Below, piece by piece: positions 9,352 through 18,636 of a DNA stretch of 64,000 nt. The notes beneath the pieces were generated by a model, which saw only the letters and a program-made list of their open reading frames with translations, had not been told where the DNA came from and did not search any database. The position numbers and the translations under genes were made by a program. How positions within the stretch are numbered: the stretch's first letter is position 1; each line of letters starts with the position of its first letter. The stretch is from an uncultured Poribacteria bacterium (lineage in GTDB: Bacteria > Poribacteria > WGA-4E > WGA-3G), in the NCBI GenBank assembly GCA_951813565.1, contig OX638351.1, positions 2,720,001-2,784,000 on the forward strand, written 5' to 3'.

Positions 9352-10036
9352 GATTACCCCAAGTTGTTGTCAGCAATCCTTTCGGATTAACAGGCAAAGT
9401 TGCGACTTCAGCGTTTTCATAGTCCTCATTGGTCGGTTCATACTCTAAATCGCTTGACCAGAGAAAAACATCATATTGAACCAGATTGGAACTTTGACGG
9501 GTGTATATAATCATGACGTTTTCACCGTCACGCAATTTATTGACGGTGCCGCCATCCGCACCGAAAATGCCGGTTCGTACCCATGCCCACTCAGGCGTAT
9601 TTTCTTCAAAAATGATTTCCACATCTTTTTGAAAGTGGCCAGGTTTTTCCTTGGGGATTTCATCGCCATCGTCACCCAGAACCCACAACCAATCCGAATG
9701 GTTATTCGGATTGATGACACGTCCGATAAACCGCCAATCCCCCGCTTCTCCACCAGCAAGACTGATGTCAAAATTGTAACGGAGCCATCCATCTCCACCT
9801 GAGTTGGTGACAATATCACCGTAGGCACCATCAGTGGGCTCTTTTGCGCCTTCACCTTTACCTAATTTGTAAACTTCATTTTCATCGCGTTCATCAAAAA
9901 GTTCAGCTTCAAACCAAATTTGTTTGCCATTTCCATATTCGGAAACCTTAACCTCTTCTACGGCAAACACTGTTACAACAGCCATTAGCACAAAACTGAA
10001 GAGTAAACCAAGTATCAACTGACATTTCGTAATCAT
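9338..10036 (-). CDS. Secreted beta-sandwich protein with LPVNPKGLLTTTWGNLK C-terminal tail
   Basis: GGAGG RBS before ATG at 10036; hydrophobic signal peptide; tail shared with 38405-39082. Confidence 0.65.
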   Translation of the reverse strand: MITKCQLILGLLFSFVLMAVVTVFAVEEVKVSEYGNGKQIWFEAELFDERDENEVYKLGKGEGAKEPTDGAYGDIVTNSGGDGWLRYNFDISLAGGEAGDWRFIGRVINPNNHSDWLWVLGDDGDEIPKEKPGHFQKDVEIIFEENTPEWAWVRTGIFGADGGTVNKLRDGENVMIIYTRQSSNLVQYDVFLWSSDLEYEPTNEDYENAEVATLPVNPKGLLTTTWGNLKNR

Positions 10037-10236
10037 TAGATTACCTCCATAAAACCCAAGAATAACAGAAATTAATTCTCGGAATTTATTTTTGACATAG
10101 TGTCTAAACTTATTACAGCGGGTAGACTGAGTTCCGAACAACTGCAACTTCAATATTTTCAGTTTAACAAAATGATGAAAAAGTTGCAACTATTTTATAA
10201 GGTGTGAGTTTTGTTATTAACTACGCCTTATAAGAA

Positions 10237-13200
10237 TTACTTCAAAATCAACATCCTCCGCGTTGCCATGAAATCGCCTGCAGTTAACGTATAGAAATAA
10301 ATACTGCTTGCCACAGACTCCCCCACACTGTTTCTGCCATCCCAATGCGCCGCACGGCTACGACTTTGATATATTCCTGCTGCCTGATGTCCTAACGCCA
10401 ATGTCCGAACAACCGCACCATTTGTAGCATAGATTGTCAAGGTGACATCCGCAGGTTTTGCCAGCTGATACGGTATCCATGTCTCAGGATTGAACGGATT
10501 CGGATAGTTCGCAAGGAGTGCTGTTTTTTCAGGAAGTAGCGATGCTAATAGCCGTTCGAGATTCTCTATCCCTTGTCGGAAAGCAATAGAACCATCGTTT
10601 TCAACCTGTGCTTGATCTATCCATGTTTGGACCATTATAGGCATGAGTTCCTTGTTGTCTGTTGCAAGTATCGGAGACGCAGCAGTGGAATCCGCTGAAT
10701 CACCAAAGTGTTGCGCGACAAGAATAAGGTCTTGAATGTTGATAACGCCATCACGATTTACATCTGTCCGCAAGTTAGCAGGTGCACCTGAACCAAAATC
10801 CTTCGCTACAAGAACAAGGTCTTGAATACTCACCCGTCCATCCTGATTCACATCCCAAGCAGGATAATCTCCTACAGTAATAGTAATATTTGGTGGAACA
10901 GTAGGAATGATCGCACCACTGATAGAACTGAACTCAAAATTTTCCAGTGTAACTTGTGTTTCGCCGCCTGCTTTTGCTTTGAATGTTACTGACATCAGCA
11001 TGCCTGTGCCGCTGACACCACTTTCAGCTATCCGCGCCGAATACAGACCTGTGATTTTGCCTGCTGTGTGATCAATCGTGCCAGCTTGGAAGAAGGTGTT
11101 TCCACCATCTGTCTTCAGGAAATCACCTTCGGTAACTTCAACAGCTTCAAGCACATTCGGGTCAAACGCAATTTCCGCTTGCCATCCCGCTAAATCAGTG
11201 ATGTTTTCTGCGTTAAAGTTTAGAGTAAACGTATCGCCAGCGAGAAGGTTTGCTGTCTCCATTGTAGAGAATGTGGGACGTGAAACCGTATCTGGATGTA
11301 TTACCGTATACTCTGTGCCATCTTCAAATCCGAAAAAGAGTGACCATAGATCATTATGTGCCTTCAACTCGTCAAGCCTTACCAACAACACATTTATCCC
11401 TTTTTGTAACGTGACAGAAAAAAATGTTCGGTAACCAACATTGTGTGCTCCAAAGGCATAGTCTGTATAATCTTGATGCACTAACTTGCCATTAAGATAT
11501 ACTTTCTGCCCCACACTGGCACCTATAAATATTTTCGTCTGTTGTATTCTCGGAGAATGCAAAGTCATAGAACCGTAGACAACAAACGTCTGTTCGTAGA
11601 TATTGGGTGCAATAGCGTCTTGAGAATCTAATAATCTTCTAAGATTCGTCTTATTGCCCTTGGAGTCATTCGGATGGTAAGGCTCAAGCATCCCGACTGA
11701 CCACGCATTGTTTCCTATCACAGTACCCTCTGAAGCACTGATAGTAGCAACCTGTTGTTCTGCAGATTTATTGTTGGATGCTTTTGCTAAATAATCGACA
11801 TCTTTGTCTACTTTTACAGGCAAAGTCAGCCATAGCCAAGGTCCCACAATATTTGGACCGCCTTGTGGAAAGGCGGGGTTACCAAACCAAGTGAATACTT
11901 CTATAGTCTCGCGTATGCCAGCCAAGGCGGAGAAATCGGAAATGTTATTCTCGTGAAGTTGTAAATTTTTCAAGTTACGCAGAGAGGCAAGGGGCGAGAC
12001 ATCTACGATTCGATTTTCATTGAGTATCAATGCTTCCAAATTAACCAATCCTGCTAACGGAGAAATATCCGAAATCTCTGTATTGGACAAGGCAAGATGC
12101 TTCAAGTCTGTTAATCCTGACAAGGGTGAGAAATCTATGATACTATCGGTATGAGTCAAACCCAACCAAGTGAGTTTTGTTAACCCCCTTAAAGGTGAAA
12201 GATCTTTTACCTTGCAGTCATATAATCGCAGTCTTGTTAAGTCTGTTAATCCTACAAGGGGTGACAAATCCGTTATATCAGAATGTACGGTGTCTAACTT
12301 TTTCAGTTTTGTAAGTCCTGCCAAGGGAGCAAGACTTGATATACGGGTCTCCGAAGCATTTATCACTTCAAGATTGTGTAAGGATGCAAGTGGCAAAAGG
12401 TTAGATACTTGTGTATCGTTAAAATATACCTCACGCATTTTTGCTAATCTTGTGAGAGGTGAGAGATCCGATATTGGATTATGATTAATACTTAATTCCA
12501 TCAGATTCGTTGCATACTCAATACCTGTTAAATCTTTAATATCCTTGTTGCTTACTCTTAGAGTTGTCAAAGATGTTATCTCTGCAAGCGTAATCGGAAC
12601 AGTAGCATCCTCTTTGCCAAGTACCTCTGTAATTGCTGCGCGTAGATTCACATCAGGAATAATTACATCAAAAAGTATCTTTGTATTTTCAAAGAGTTCA
12701 TCTAAAGGTGAGAAATCAGTTATCGGGTTGTGGGTAAGTTTAAGCCATTCCAATTGGGTTAAAGCTGCTAACGGGGACACATTTGATATATTGTTACCTT
12801 CAAGGTTTAGACGTATTAAACCTGTTAATTCTGCCAACGGTGTAATATCTGAAATACTGTTTTTGACAAGATACAGTTCGGTCAACTCTGGTTTCTCTGC
12901 TAAAAATGAGAGGTCTGTTATGTTCGCGCCGCAAATATCGACCTTTTTTAGTTTCGTAAATTTTGCCAAAGGCGAGAAATCTGATATAGGATTGCCCCAA
13001 GTGGTAATGCTTTCCAAATTAATTAAATTTGCCAAGTGTGACACGTCAGTAACATTATTAGTATCGAATTTTAGATACTTCAGATTGATCAAACTTGCTA
13101 AAGGTGCTAAGCCAGAAGATAGCTGTAGATTGTGAATGGTTAAATTTTCCATCTTCGTTAACCCTGCAAGTGGTAATAAGTCTATAAGTCCTAAATTATA

Positions 13201-15360
13201 CCACCTTTGATCTGCCAAATTTAATTCTGTTAGTTCAGTTAATCCTGCAAGTGGCGACAAGTCAGATACTGGACAATCCCATAATCTCAGAGATCCTAAC
13301 TTTTTCAAATTTTTAAATGGCGATAGATCAGATACTAAATTACCTTCCAAATTGATCTCTCGTAAGTTTTTTAATCCTGATAGTGGCGATAGATCAGACA
13401 CGGCATTATTCTTAAGATTTATACTCTCCAGTTTTATTAACTCCTGCAGAGGCAATAAATCGAAAATTTGGTTGTCCGAAGCTGCAAGACTTTGCAGATT
13501 TGTTGCAAACTGAAGACCTGTTAAATCTTGGATACCCTTATCCACTATTTTAAGCAATTTTAATTTCGCCATATCTTCTACGGTAATCACATCTCCCGGT
13601 GCTTTGCCGTGTCTTAACTCAAGTCTCTGATCAATAGCAGTGCGTAGGTTCACATCAGGTATGTGGACACCAGCACCAGGAATACGTTCCGGACGTTCCA
13701 CTATAGGGGGCAGGACGGTATTAGGAGAATCCAACGCAGCAACCACATCGTGAAAAGCCGATGTCCATGCGTCTCTTTTGATGACACCGTTTTCTAATAC
13801 TAGTGCTCCTAATAAGTTTTGTAAACTTACATTATTACTAATTTTCTCAAGGAACGTTCCTGTTTCTAACCCAACTGCAGCAGCAGCGTGTGCCGCACTG
13901 AGAGGTGCTTGAAACGCCTCGTGCAATCGTTGGACCGGTTCAATCCCACCAAACACCCCACCTGTTTCTTCAAGTGCTACACGAAAACGTTTCATATCTT
14001 CCGCTACAAGATCATCCATTACCGACTTTACAACATACAAGTCTAACGCTTGCTCTTTGTTAAAAGGTGGGTTATCAGCTTGTTCAACAACAGCACGCAC
14101 CTCGTCTTCAAACGTCTGCATTCCTTTTGTGTGGCACCCGATGCAGGAAAGCCCAGTGCGCACTGTCGGATCACTTGCTGCCGGGTTAGATACGATGCTG
14201 ATTGGTGCCGCATCAAGGCGAATGCCTTCCCTATCTACAATAAGATATGCCTGTAAACCATTCGGTAAATTGAAGATAATTTCGCCACCATCTTGTGAGA
14301 AATCAAGCGGATGTGTAAGGATACTCTGAGACTCTGAACTCCCCGCAAAGTCGTAACTTTTCCAATACGCTCCATACCGAGACTTGTGACGTTCAAGAAC
14401 ACGATTGTGGCGTGATACACGGGAATTATTGAAACCCGCGCGCCAAACGCGTTTCCCTGGTGCATTTTGGAGGTTTTCAGCAACGAATACCTCAAGTGCT
14501 GCTTCTAATTCACGGTCTGTTTGTGGAAGTGCGAGAATATCGTGGTAAAGCGGTGGCAATGAGGCAGTTGCGAGAAACCAATCCACATTGATAAATGGCA
14601 CTTCGCAGTTCATCTCTTGCTGTAAAGTTGTGAGTTTTTCGCGGAGATGTGCTTGTGTCGGGGCATCAAACGTCATTTTGTAGGGATATGCCTGTTCAAT
14701 CTGTGTCCATGCATCGTTTCGCACATCCCACTCGTAATCACGAAGGTCAATGTAGAAAAGCGTTTGTTCCACATCAATAGGCTGCGGTTTAACAACTTCG
14801 CGTCCCCAAGAGAGGCTATTGATCAGTTTTGAGAGGGCGCGCCGATAGGCGTTGAGCGCTTCAGTTGTCTCACCTGCGTTATAGAGATGTGTCAGCGTAA
14901 AATAACGTGCAAACGATTTGTCACGCACGGAAAGAGAATTGACGTGGTTTTCAATCGTTTCAAGCATCGCATCGGTTGTAATGAAGTCAGGTTTTGGTCT
15001 GGGAACAGCGTCCCAATCGGGAGCGCCTGCAGCAATCCATTGGCGAATTGTCTCAATCGCTTCGGGGTCAAGTGGCGGTTGTCCTTGTGGCATCCGTTTG
15101 GCAATGTTCGTTTCAATGAGCCGTTGATAGAACACGGAATCACCTGGGTTTCCAGGGATGACTGTGCCACCTTCAATAAGTGCTTTGTGTTCAATGATGA
15201 GTGATTCCCGGTAGGAGCCGTTTTCACCGTGGCATATTAGGCAGGATTGCTCAAAGATCGCATAAGCTTCTTGTGCCAGATTCTGCTGTGCATTAACACT
15301 ACCAACTAATATAAACATCAATATACAACTGATTTTTACGATATTTTGCTGAAACCTCAA
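10237..15360 (-). CDS. Large secreted protein: c-type cytochrome region, internalin-like LRRs, cohesin, dockerin and FlgD-Ig-like C-terminal domain
   Basis: Signal peptide; CLICH and CIGCH; about 20 LRRs; DVNQDGRV/DVNRDGVI dockerin loops; LLANYPNPFNPETWIPY...WDGRN. Confidence 0.85.
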   Translation of the reverse strand: MRFQQNIVKISCILMFILVGSVNAQQNLAQEAYAIFEQSCLICHGENGSYRESLIIEHKALIEGGTVIPGNPGDSVFYQRLIETNIAKRMPQGQPPLDPEAIETIRQWIAAGAPDWDAVPRPKPDFITTDAMLETIENHVNSLSVRDKSFARYFTLTHLYNAGETTEALNAYRRALSKLINSLSWGREVVKPQPIDVEQTLFYIDLRDYEWDVRNDAWTQIEQAYPYKMTFDAPTQAHLREKLTTLQQEMNCEVPFINVDWFLATASLPPLYHDILALPQTDRELEAALEVFVAENLQNAPGKRVWRAGFNNSRVSRHNRVLERHKSRYGAYWKSYDFAGSSESQSILTHPLDFSQDGGEIIFNLPNGLQAYLIVDREGIRLDAAPISIVSNPAASDPTVRTGLSCIGCHTKGMQTFEDEVRAVVEQADNPPFNKEQALDLYVVKSVMDDLVAEDMKRFRVALEETGGVFGGIEPVQRLHEAFQAPLSAAHAAAAVGLETGTFLEKISNNVSLQNLLGALVLENGVIKRDAWTSAFHDVVAALDSPNTVLPPIVERPERIPGAGVHIPDVNLRTAIDQRLELRHGKAPGDVITVEDMAKLKLLKIVDKGIQDLTGLQFATNLQSLAASDNQIFDLLPLQELIKLESINLKNNAVSDLSPLSGLKNLREINLEGNLVSDLSPFKNLKKLGSLRLWDCPVSDLSPLAGLTELTELNLADQRWYNLGLIDLLPLAGLTKMENLTIHNLQLSSGLAPLASLINLKYLKFDTNNVTDVSHLANLINLESITTWGNPISDFSPLAKFTKLKKVDICGANITDLSFLAEKPELTELYLVKNSISDITPLAELTGLIRLNLEGNNISNVSPLAALTQLEWLKLTHNPITDFSPLDELFENTKILFDVIIPDVNLRAAITEVLGKEDATVPITLAEITSLTTLRVSNKDIKDLTGIEYATNLMELSINHNPISDLSPLTRLAKMREVYFNDTQVSNLLPLASLHNLEVINASETRISSLAPLAGLTKLKKLDTVHSDITDLSPLVGLTDLTRLRLYDCKVKDLSPLRGLTKLTWLGLTHTDSIIDFSPLSGLTDLKHLALSNTEISDISPLAGLVNLEALILNENRIVDVSPLASLRNLKNLQLHENNISDFSALAGIRETIEVFTWFGNPAFPQGGPNIVGPWLWLTLPVKVDKDVDYLAKASNNKSAEQQVATISASEGTVIGNNAWSVGMLEPYHPNDSKGNKTNLRRLLDSQDAIAPNIYEQTFVVYGSMTLHSPRIQQTKIFIGASVGQKVYLNGKLVHQDYTDYAFGAHNVGYRTFFSVTLQKGINVLLVRLDELKAHNDLWSLFFGFEDGTEYTVIHPDTVSRPTFSTMETANLLAGDTFTLNFNAENITDLAGWQAEIAFDPNVLEAVEVTEGDFLKTDGGNTFFQAGTIDHTAGKITGLYSARIAESGVSGTGMLMSVTFKAKAGGETQVTLENFEFSSISGAIIPTVPPNITITVGDYPAWDVNQDGRVSIQDLVLVAKDFGSGAPANLRTDVNRDGVINIQDLILVAQHFGDSADSTAASPILATDNKELMPIMVQTWIDQAQVENDGSIAFRQGIENLERLLASLLPEKTALLANYPNPFNPETWIPYQLAKPADVTLTIYATNGAVVRTLALGHQAAGIYQSRSRAAHWDGRNSVGESVASSIYFYTLTAGDFMATRRMLILK

Positions 15361-15466
15361 TTTATTTCTCCTCTCCGTGACGTATTCTGATTTGCTGTTG
15401 GTTAAAAGCGATACTTATAGTATATTCAACCTTAAGGTTTTTGTCAACTATTCCTTAAGGTGTATA

Positions 15467-15646
15467 CAGAGCCATTCAATTCTGCAGTAATTCTGCTTTT
15501 CTCTAAAACCTCTTTCTGTAGGAGCAGTCTCCTGGTCGCGACCTTTCGTCCGATGTCGCGACCAGGAGACCGCTCCTACAAGAAGAAAATCGGGCGGACA
15601 AGGTTTCCCTCCCACAAGAGGATATATCCTTAAATTGACACCTATG
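15467..15646. mobile_element. Chimeric MITE/REP cluster
   Basis: Left end CAGAGCCATTCAATT (family of 6678/37792); right end CTTAAATTGACACCTATG (family of 31643-31844); internal TGTAGGAGC...GCTCCTACA inverted pair. Confidence 0.6.
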
Positions 15647-15735
15647 AGGTTTCGTAAACTCTACCCAATCGACGATACTTTATGGCAGGGATAAATAGGA
15701 AATAGCGAGCCTATAAGCAGCTCTACTCCTAATAT

Positions 15736-16701
15736 TTATGTGTCCCGCTCTGAGATAAATCTTTCAATTTCTTGAGCCATTGGCAGCGCAGGAATTACGC
15801 CGATCTTCTGGGTTGCCAATGCTCCCGCTGCATTTGCATACCGCATGATGCTATCAAGACGATCTTTTTCAAGCGATGCTAAGTCAGCATGCGTCATTAG
15901 TTGCGTGAGCATAGCAGCGACAAATGCATCACCTGCACCGAGCGTATCCACTACTTCAACGGCAAAACCTTCAACATATCCTTCAGCGTTACCGTTTGTG
16001 TAATAACATCCACGCTCTCCTAACGTAACAACAAGCAATTTCACACCGAGTCCGAGAATTCGTTCAATACCTTGCTTCAATTTGACATCTCCTGTAACAA
16101 ACTCCCACTCTTCCTCTGATATCTTGACGACATCTGCATAGGGCATCACCTCCCATATCCAATGCTTTGCATCGTTAGCGTTGTCCCATAGCATCAAACG
16201 CAAATTTGGGTCATAAGAGATGGACGCGCCTGCGGATTTTGCAGATTGAATTGCTTTGAGTGTTGCTTCACGGGTCGGTGAATGACTGAGGCTAACAGAA
16301 CCGTAATGAAACAGTTCCGCAGATTGGATGTAGTCCACATCAATTTCATCCGGTGACAGTTGAATGTCGGCACCGGGATGCCGATAAAAAGTAATATCTT
16401 TCATGCCGTCAGAGCGTGTGGCAACGAAGGCTAATGTGGTACGAGAAGTCTCTCCTGCGATGAGATAAGTCGTATCAACGTTGTTCTGTTGAAGCGTTTC
16501 AGTCAGGAAACCACCGAACGGATCAGCACCGACTTTGCCGATAAACCCTGCATCCACACCGAGTTTGGCTAACCCGACAGCGACGTTAGCAGGCGCACCG
16601 CCAGGGGCTTTGACAAATCCCGGTGCTTCGGCAAGAGTTACATCGGGGGTTGTGGAAACAAAATCGATGAGAAGTTCCCCTATACATAGAGCTTTTGGCA
16701 T
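15736..16701 (-). CDS. PfkB-family carbohydrate kinase (fructokinase-like)
   Basis: PGGAPANVA, YDPNLR, VDTLGAGDAF. Confidence 0.92.
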   Translation of the reverse strand: MPKALCIGELLIDFVSTTPDVTLAEAPGFVKAPGGAPANVAVGLAKLGVDAGFIGKVGADPFGGFLTETLQQNNVDTTYLIAGETSRTTLAFVATRSDGMKDITFYRHPGADIQLSPDEIDVDYIQSAELFHYGSVSLSHSPTREATLKAIQSAKSAGASISYDPNLRLMLWDNANDAKHWIWEVMPYADVVKISEEEWEFVTGDVKLKQGIERILGLGVKLLVVTLGERGCYYTNGNAEGYVEGFAVEVVDTLGAGDAFVAAMLTQLMTHADLASLEKDRLDSIMRYANAAGALATQKIGVIPALPMAQEIERFISERDT

Positions 16702-16748
16702 AAATTGTAATTCCTTAAGGCACTTAAGTTTCTGTAGGCAAACATTTA

Positions 16749-17000
16749 TCAATGAGAATTTGCATAGGCATGTGTTAGGAGCATTTCTTTGGCAAGTTCC
16801 AAGACCTTGACTGCTTGATCACGGTTGACAGACGGAAAATCCTTCAAAAAATCATCAAGCGTTTCTCCACTCTCTAAATAGTCAATCAGATTTTTTATGG
16901 GAACACGGGTGTTTTTAAACACCGGAGTACCACTCATAATCTCGGCATCACATGTAATGAGATTGTCAACTGTCATGGTCGTTTGTTCATCAAATTTCAT
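16749..17000 (-). CDS. DUF433-family antitoxin-like protein
   Basis: IMSGTPVFKNTRVP...FLKDFPSV; overlaps a 13-codon DUF5615-like toxin stub MQILIDKCLP. Confidence 0.85.
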   Translation of the reverse strand: MKFDEQTTMTVDNLITCDAEIMSGTPVFKNTRVPIKNLIDYLESGETLDDFLKDFPSVNRDQAVKVLELAKEMLLTHAYANSH

Positions 17001-17038
17001 GAGTAAATTTCTCCTGTGAATGCAGTGCCTATATACTT

Positions 17039-17299
17039 GAGGGGTGTGCATAAATAATTCCGATGTTAAATATGCGCTTAAAGGTAGTCCGCACAGGCCG
17101 TGGGTTTCCGTCCACAAGTTCAAAGAGGCGCAGCATGCCACACGGGGAATGCCATAAGGCATTCGGACCGTTGATTTGGCGCATGCTGCGTTGATTTGGC
17201 AATGAATTGCGCGACTACAAACGCATTTCTATAAATCAAGCGGCACCTGGCGTCTGTTCCTGTCTGTGTTGATGCGCCAAATATTTATGCACACCCCTC
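17039..17299. mobile_element. MITE with GAGGGGTGTGCATAAATA termini
   Basis: Perfect 18-bp TIR; flanks ATATACTT/ATATACTC (7/8 target duplication); contains a REP and nested micro-hairpin modules. Confidence 0.8.
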
Positions 17300-17384
17300 A
17301 TATACTCAAGGATACTCTATAATTTTGTGGATATCAAGGTTAAGTAGCGCACTTAGAAAGAGAATTATTCTATTCACCCTCATA

Positions 17385-18470
17385 TCAAAATGTGGTTCGC
17401 AAGGTTTGTGCTTGCCCTGTTTCAGCGGAGCGGTATCCCGCATCAAAAATTTCTATCACATGCCGTGCATGCTCCGCAGTAACGATGGTAGGTTTGTCCT
17501 CACGTATCCAGTCAACAAGCTGCATAATATCTTCAAAAACGTGCGCTTCCTGTATGCTGCGATGTGCCCCCACGACGTGTGGTAATTCCCTTTTCGGTGC
17601 ATCAATCGGTTTGCCGTTAATGGTGCTGCCCTCAATTACACCTGCTGTACCGTTAATCGCTAATCCGCCTTTGATTGCGTGTCCAGCTGCTGCGCCATAG
17701 ATAAAGCCAAAGAAGGCATCACCGAAGTCAAGCAGAATAAAGGTGTTATCATCCATGTCGCACGGAAGCATCTCGCCTCGGAATTCGCGTTCTTTGACAC
17801 GCACACCAGAGAAAGCAGTCACTCGTTTCACAGGACCGAGAATGCCGGTCATTGTATGCAATCCGTAAACGGTCATGTCGTAGAGGGGACCTCCGCCCGG
17901 TTTGCGAAAGTACCACGCAGGGTTGATATTGGATAGGACATCGTCACCGTGCCGAACAGATTCACCTTCGTGGTATCTGCCAAAAGAGGATCCAGTGGCA
18001 GCCCATGTCAGTGTTCCGATTGCGCCATCGTTAATCAGTCTGCGAATCTCTTGGTGTATCGGACGCAGCATCTGTCCGGGAGAAGCGACTAATTTGACTC
18101 CCTTGCGCTTTGCCGATTCAATCAGGTCATCAGCCTCATCAACGGTAGTTGTCATCGTTTTGTTAAAATGCGCGTGGAGACCGTGTTCAATAGCGAGTTT
18201 TCCCTGCTCATAATGCAGACCTATGGGTGATGCGATGCTGACAGCATCAACGTGTTCGTCTGCTAAAAGTTCCTCAAAAGTTTCATAAGCATGCGGCACG
18301 TTGAATTTTTCGGATGCGGCTTGTGCTCTGCCGGGGACAGGGTCGCAGACAGCGGTCACCTGTAATCTATCTTGGACATCGTCTTGTGTGAGATGCGGCA
18401 GGATGCCGCGCACAGAGATACTACCGACACCGACGACTCCGATGCGCACCCTGTCATTAGTTGCCATCAT
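17385..18470 (-). CDS. Gfo/Idh/MocA-family oxidoreductase
   Basis: RIGVVGVG, ASPIGLH, GGGPLYDMTVY. Confidence 0.88.
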   Translation of the reverse strand: MMATNDRVRIGVVGVGSISVRGILPHLTQDDVQDRLQVTAVCDPVPGRAQAASEKFNVPHAYETFEELLADEHVDAVSIASPIGLHYEQGKLAIEHGLHAHFNKTMTTTVDEADDLIESAKRKGVKLVASPGQMLRPIHQEIRRLINDGAIGTLTWAATGSSFGRYHEGESVRHGDDVLSNINPAWYFRKPGGGPLYDMTVYGLHTMTGILGPVKRVTAFSGVRVKEREFRGEMLPCDMDDNTFILLDFGDAFFGFIYGAAAGHAIKGGLAINGTAGVIEGSTINGKPIDAPKRELPHVVGAHRSIQEAHVFEDIMQLVDWIREDKPTIVTAEHARHVIEIFDAGYRSAETGQAQTLRTTF

Positions 18471-18560
18471 ATTTCCTCCAAAGAAAACAAATTTTAGTTC
18501 AGCATATAATTATCCATACATTTTGTTCGCGTAGCATTTTCAAATATATTACTTGAATGT

Positions 18561-18593
18561 AAGAGGCGCAATGAATTGCGCGACTACAAACGC
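18561..18593. repeat. REP-like palindrome GCGCAATGAATTGCGCGACTAC (GTAG-type on the minus strand)
   Basis: Further copies at 61267-61294 and, interrupted, at 17123-17224. Confidence 0.8.
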
Positions 18594-18636
18594 CGTAACT
18601 TCAATAATAGCGTCTACTTATTATGCTTTACTAATA

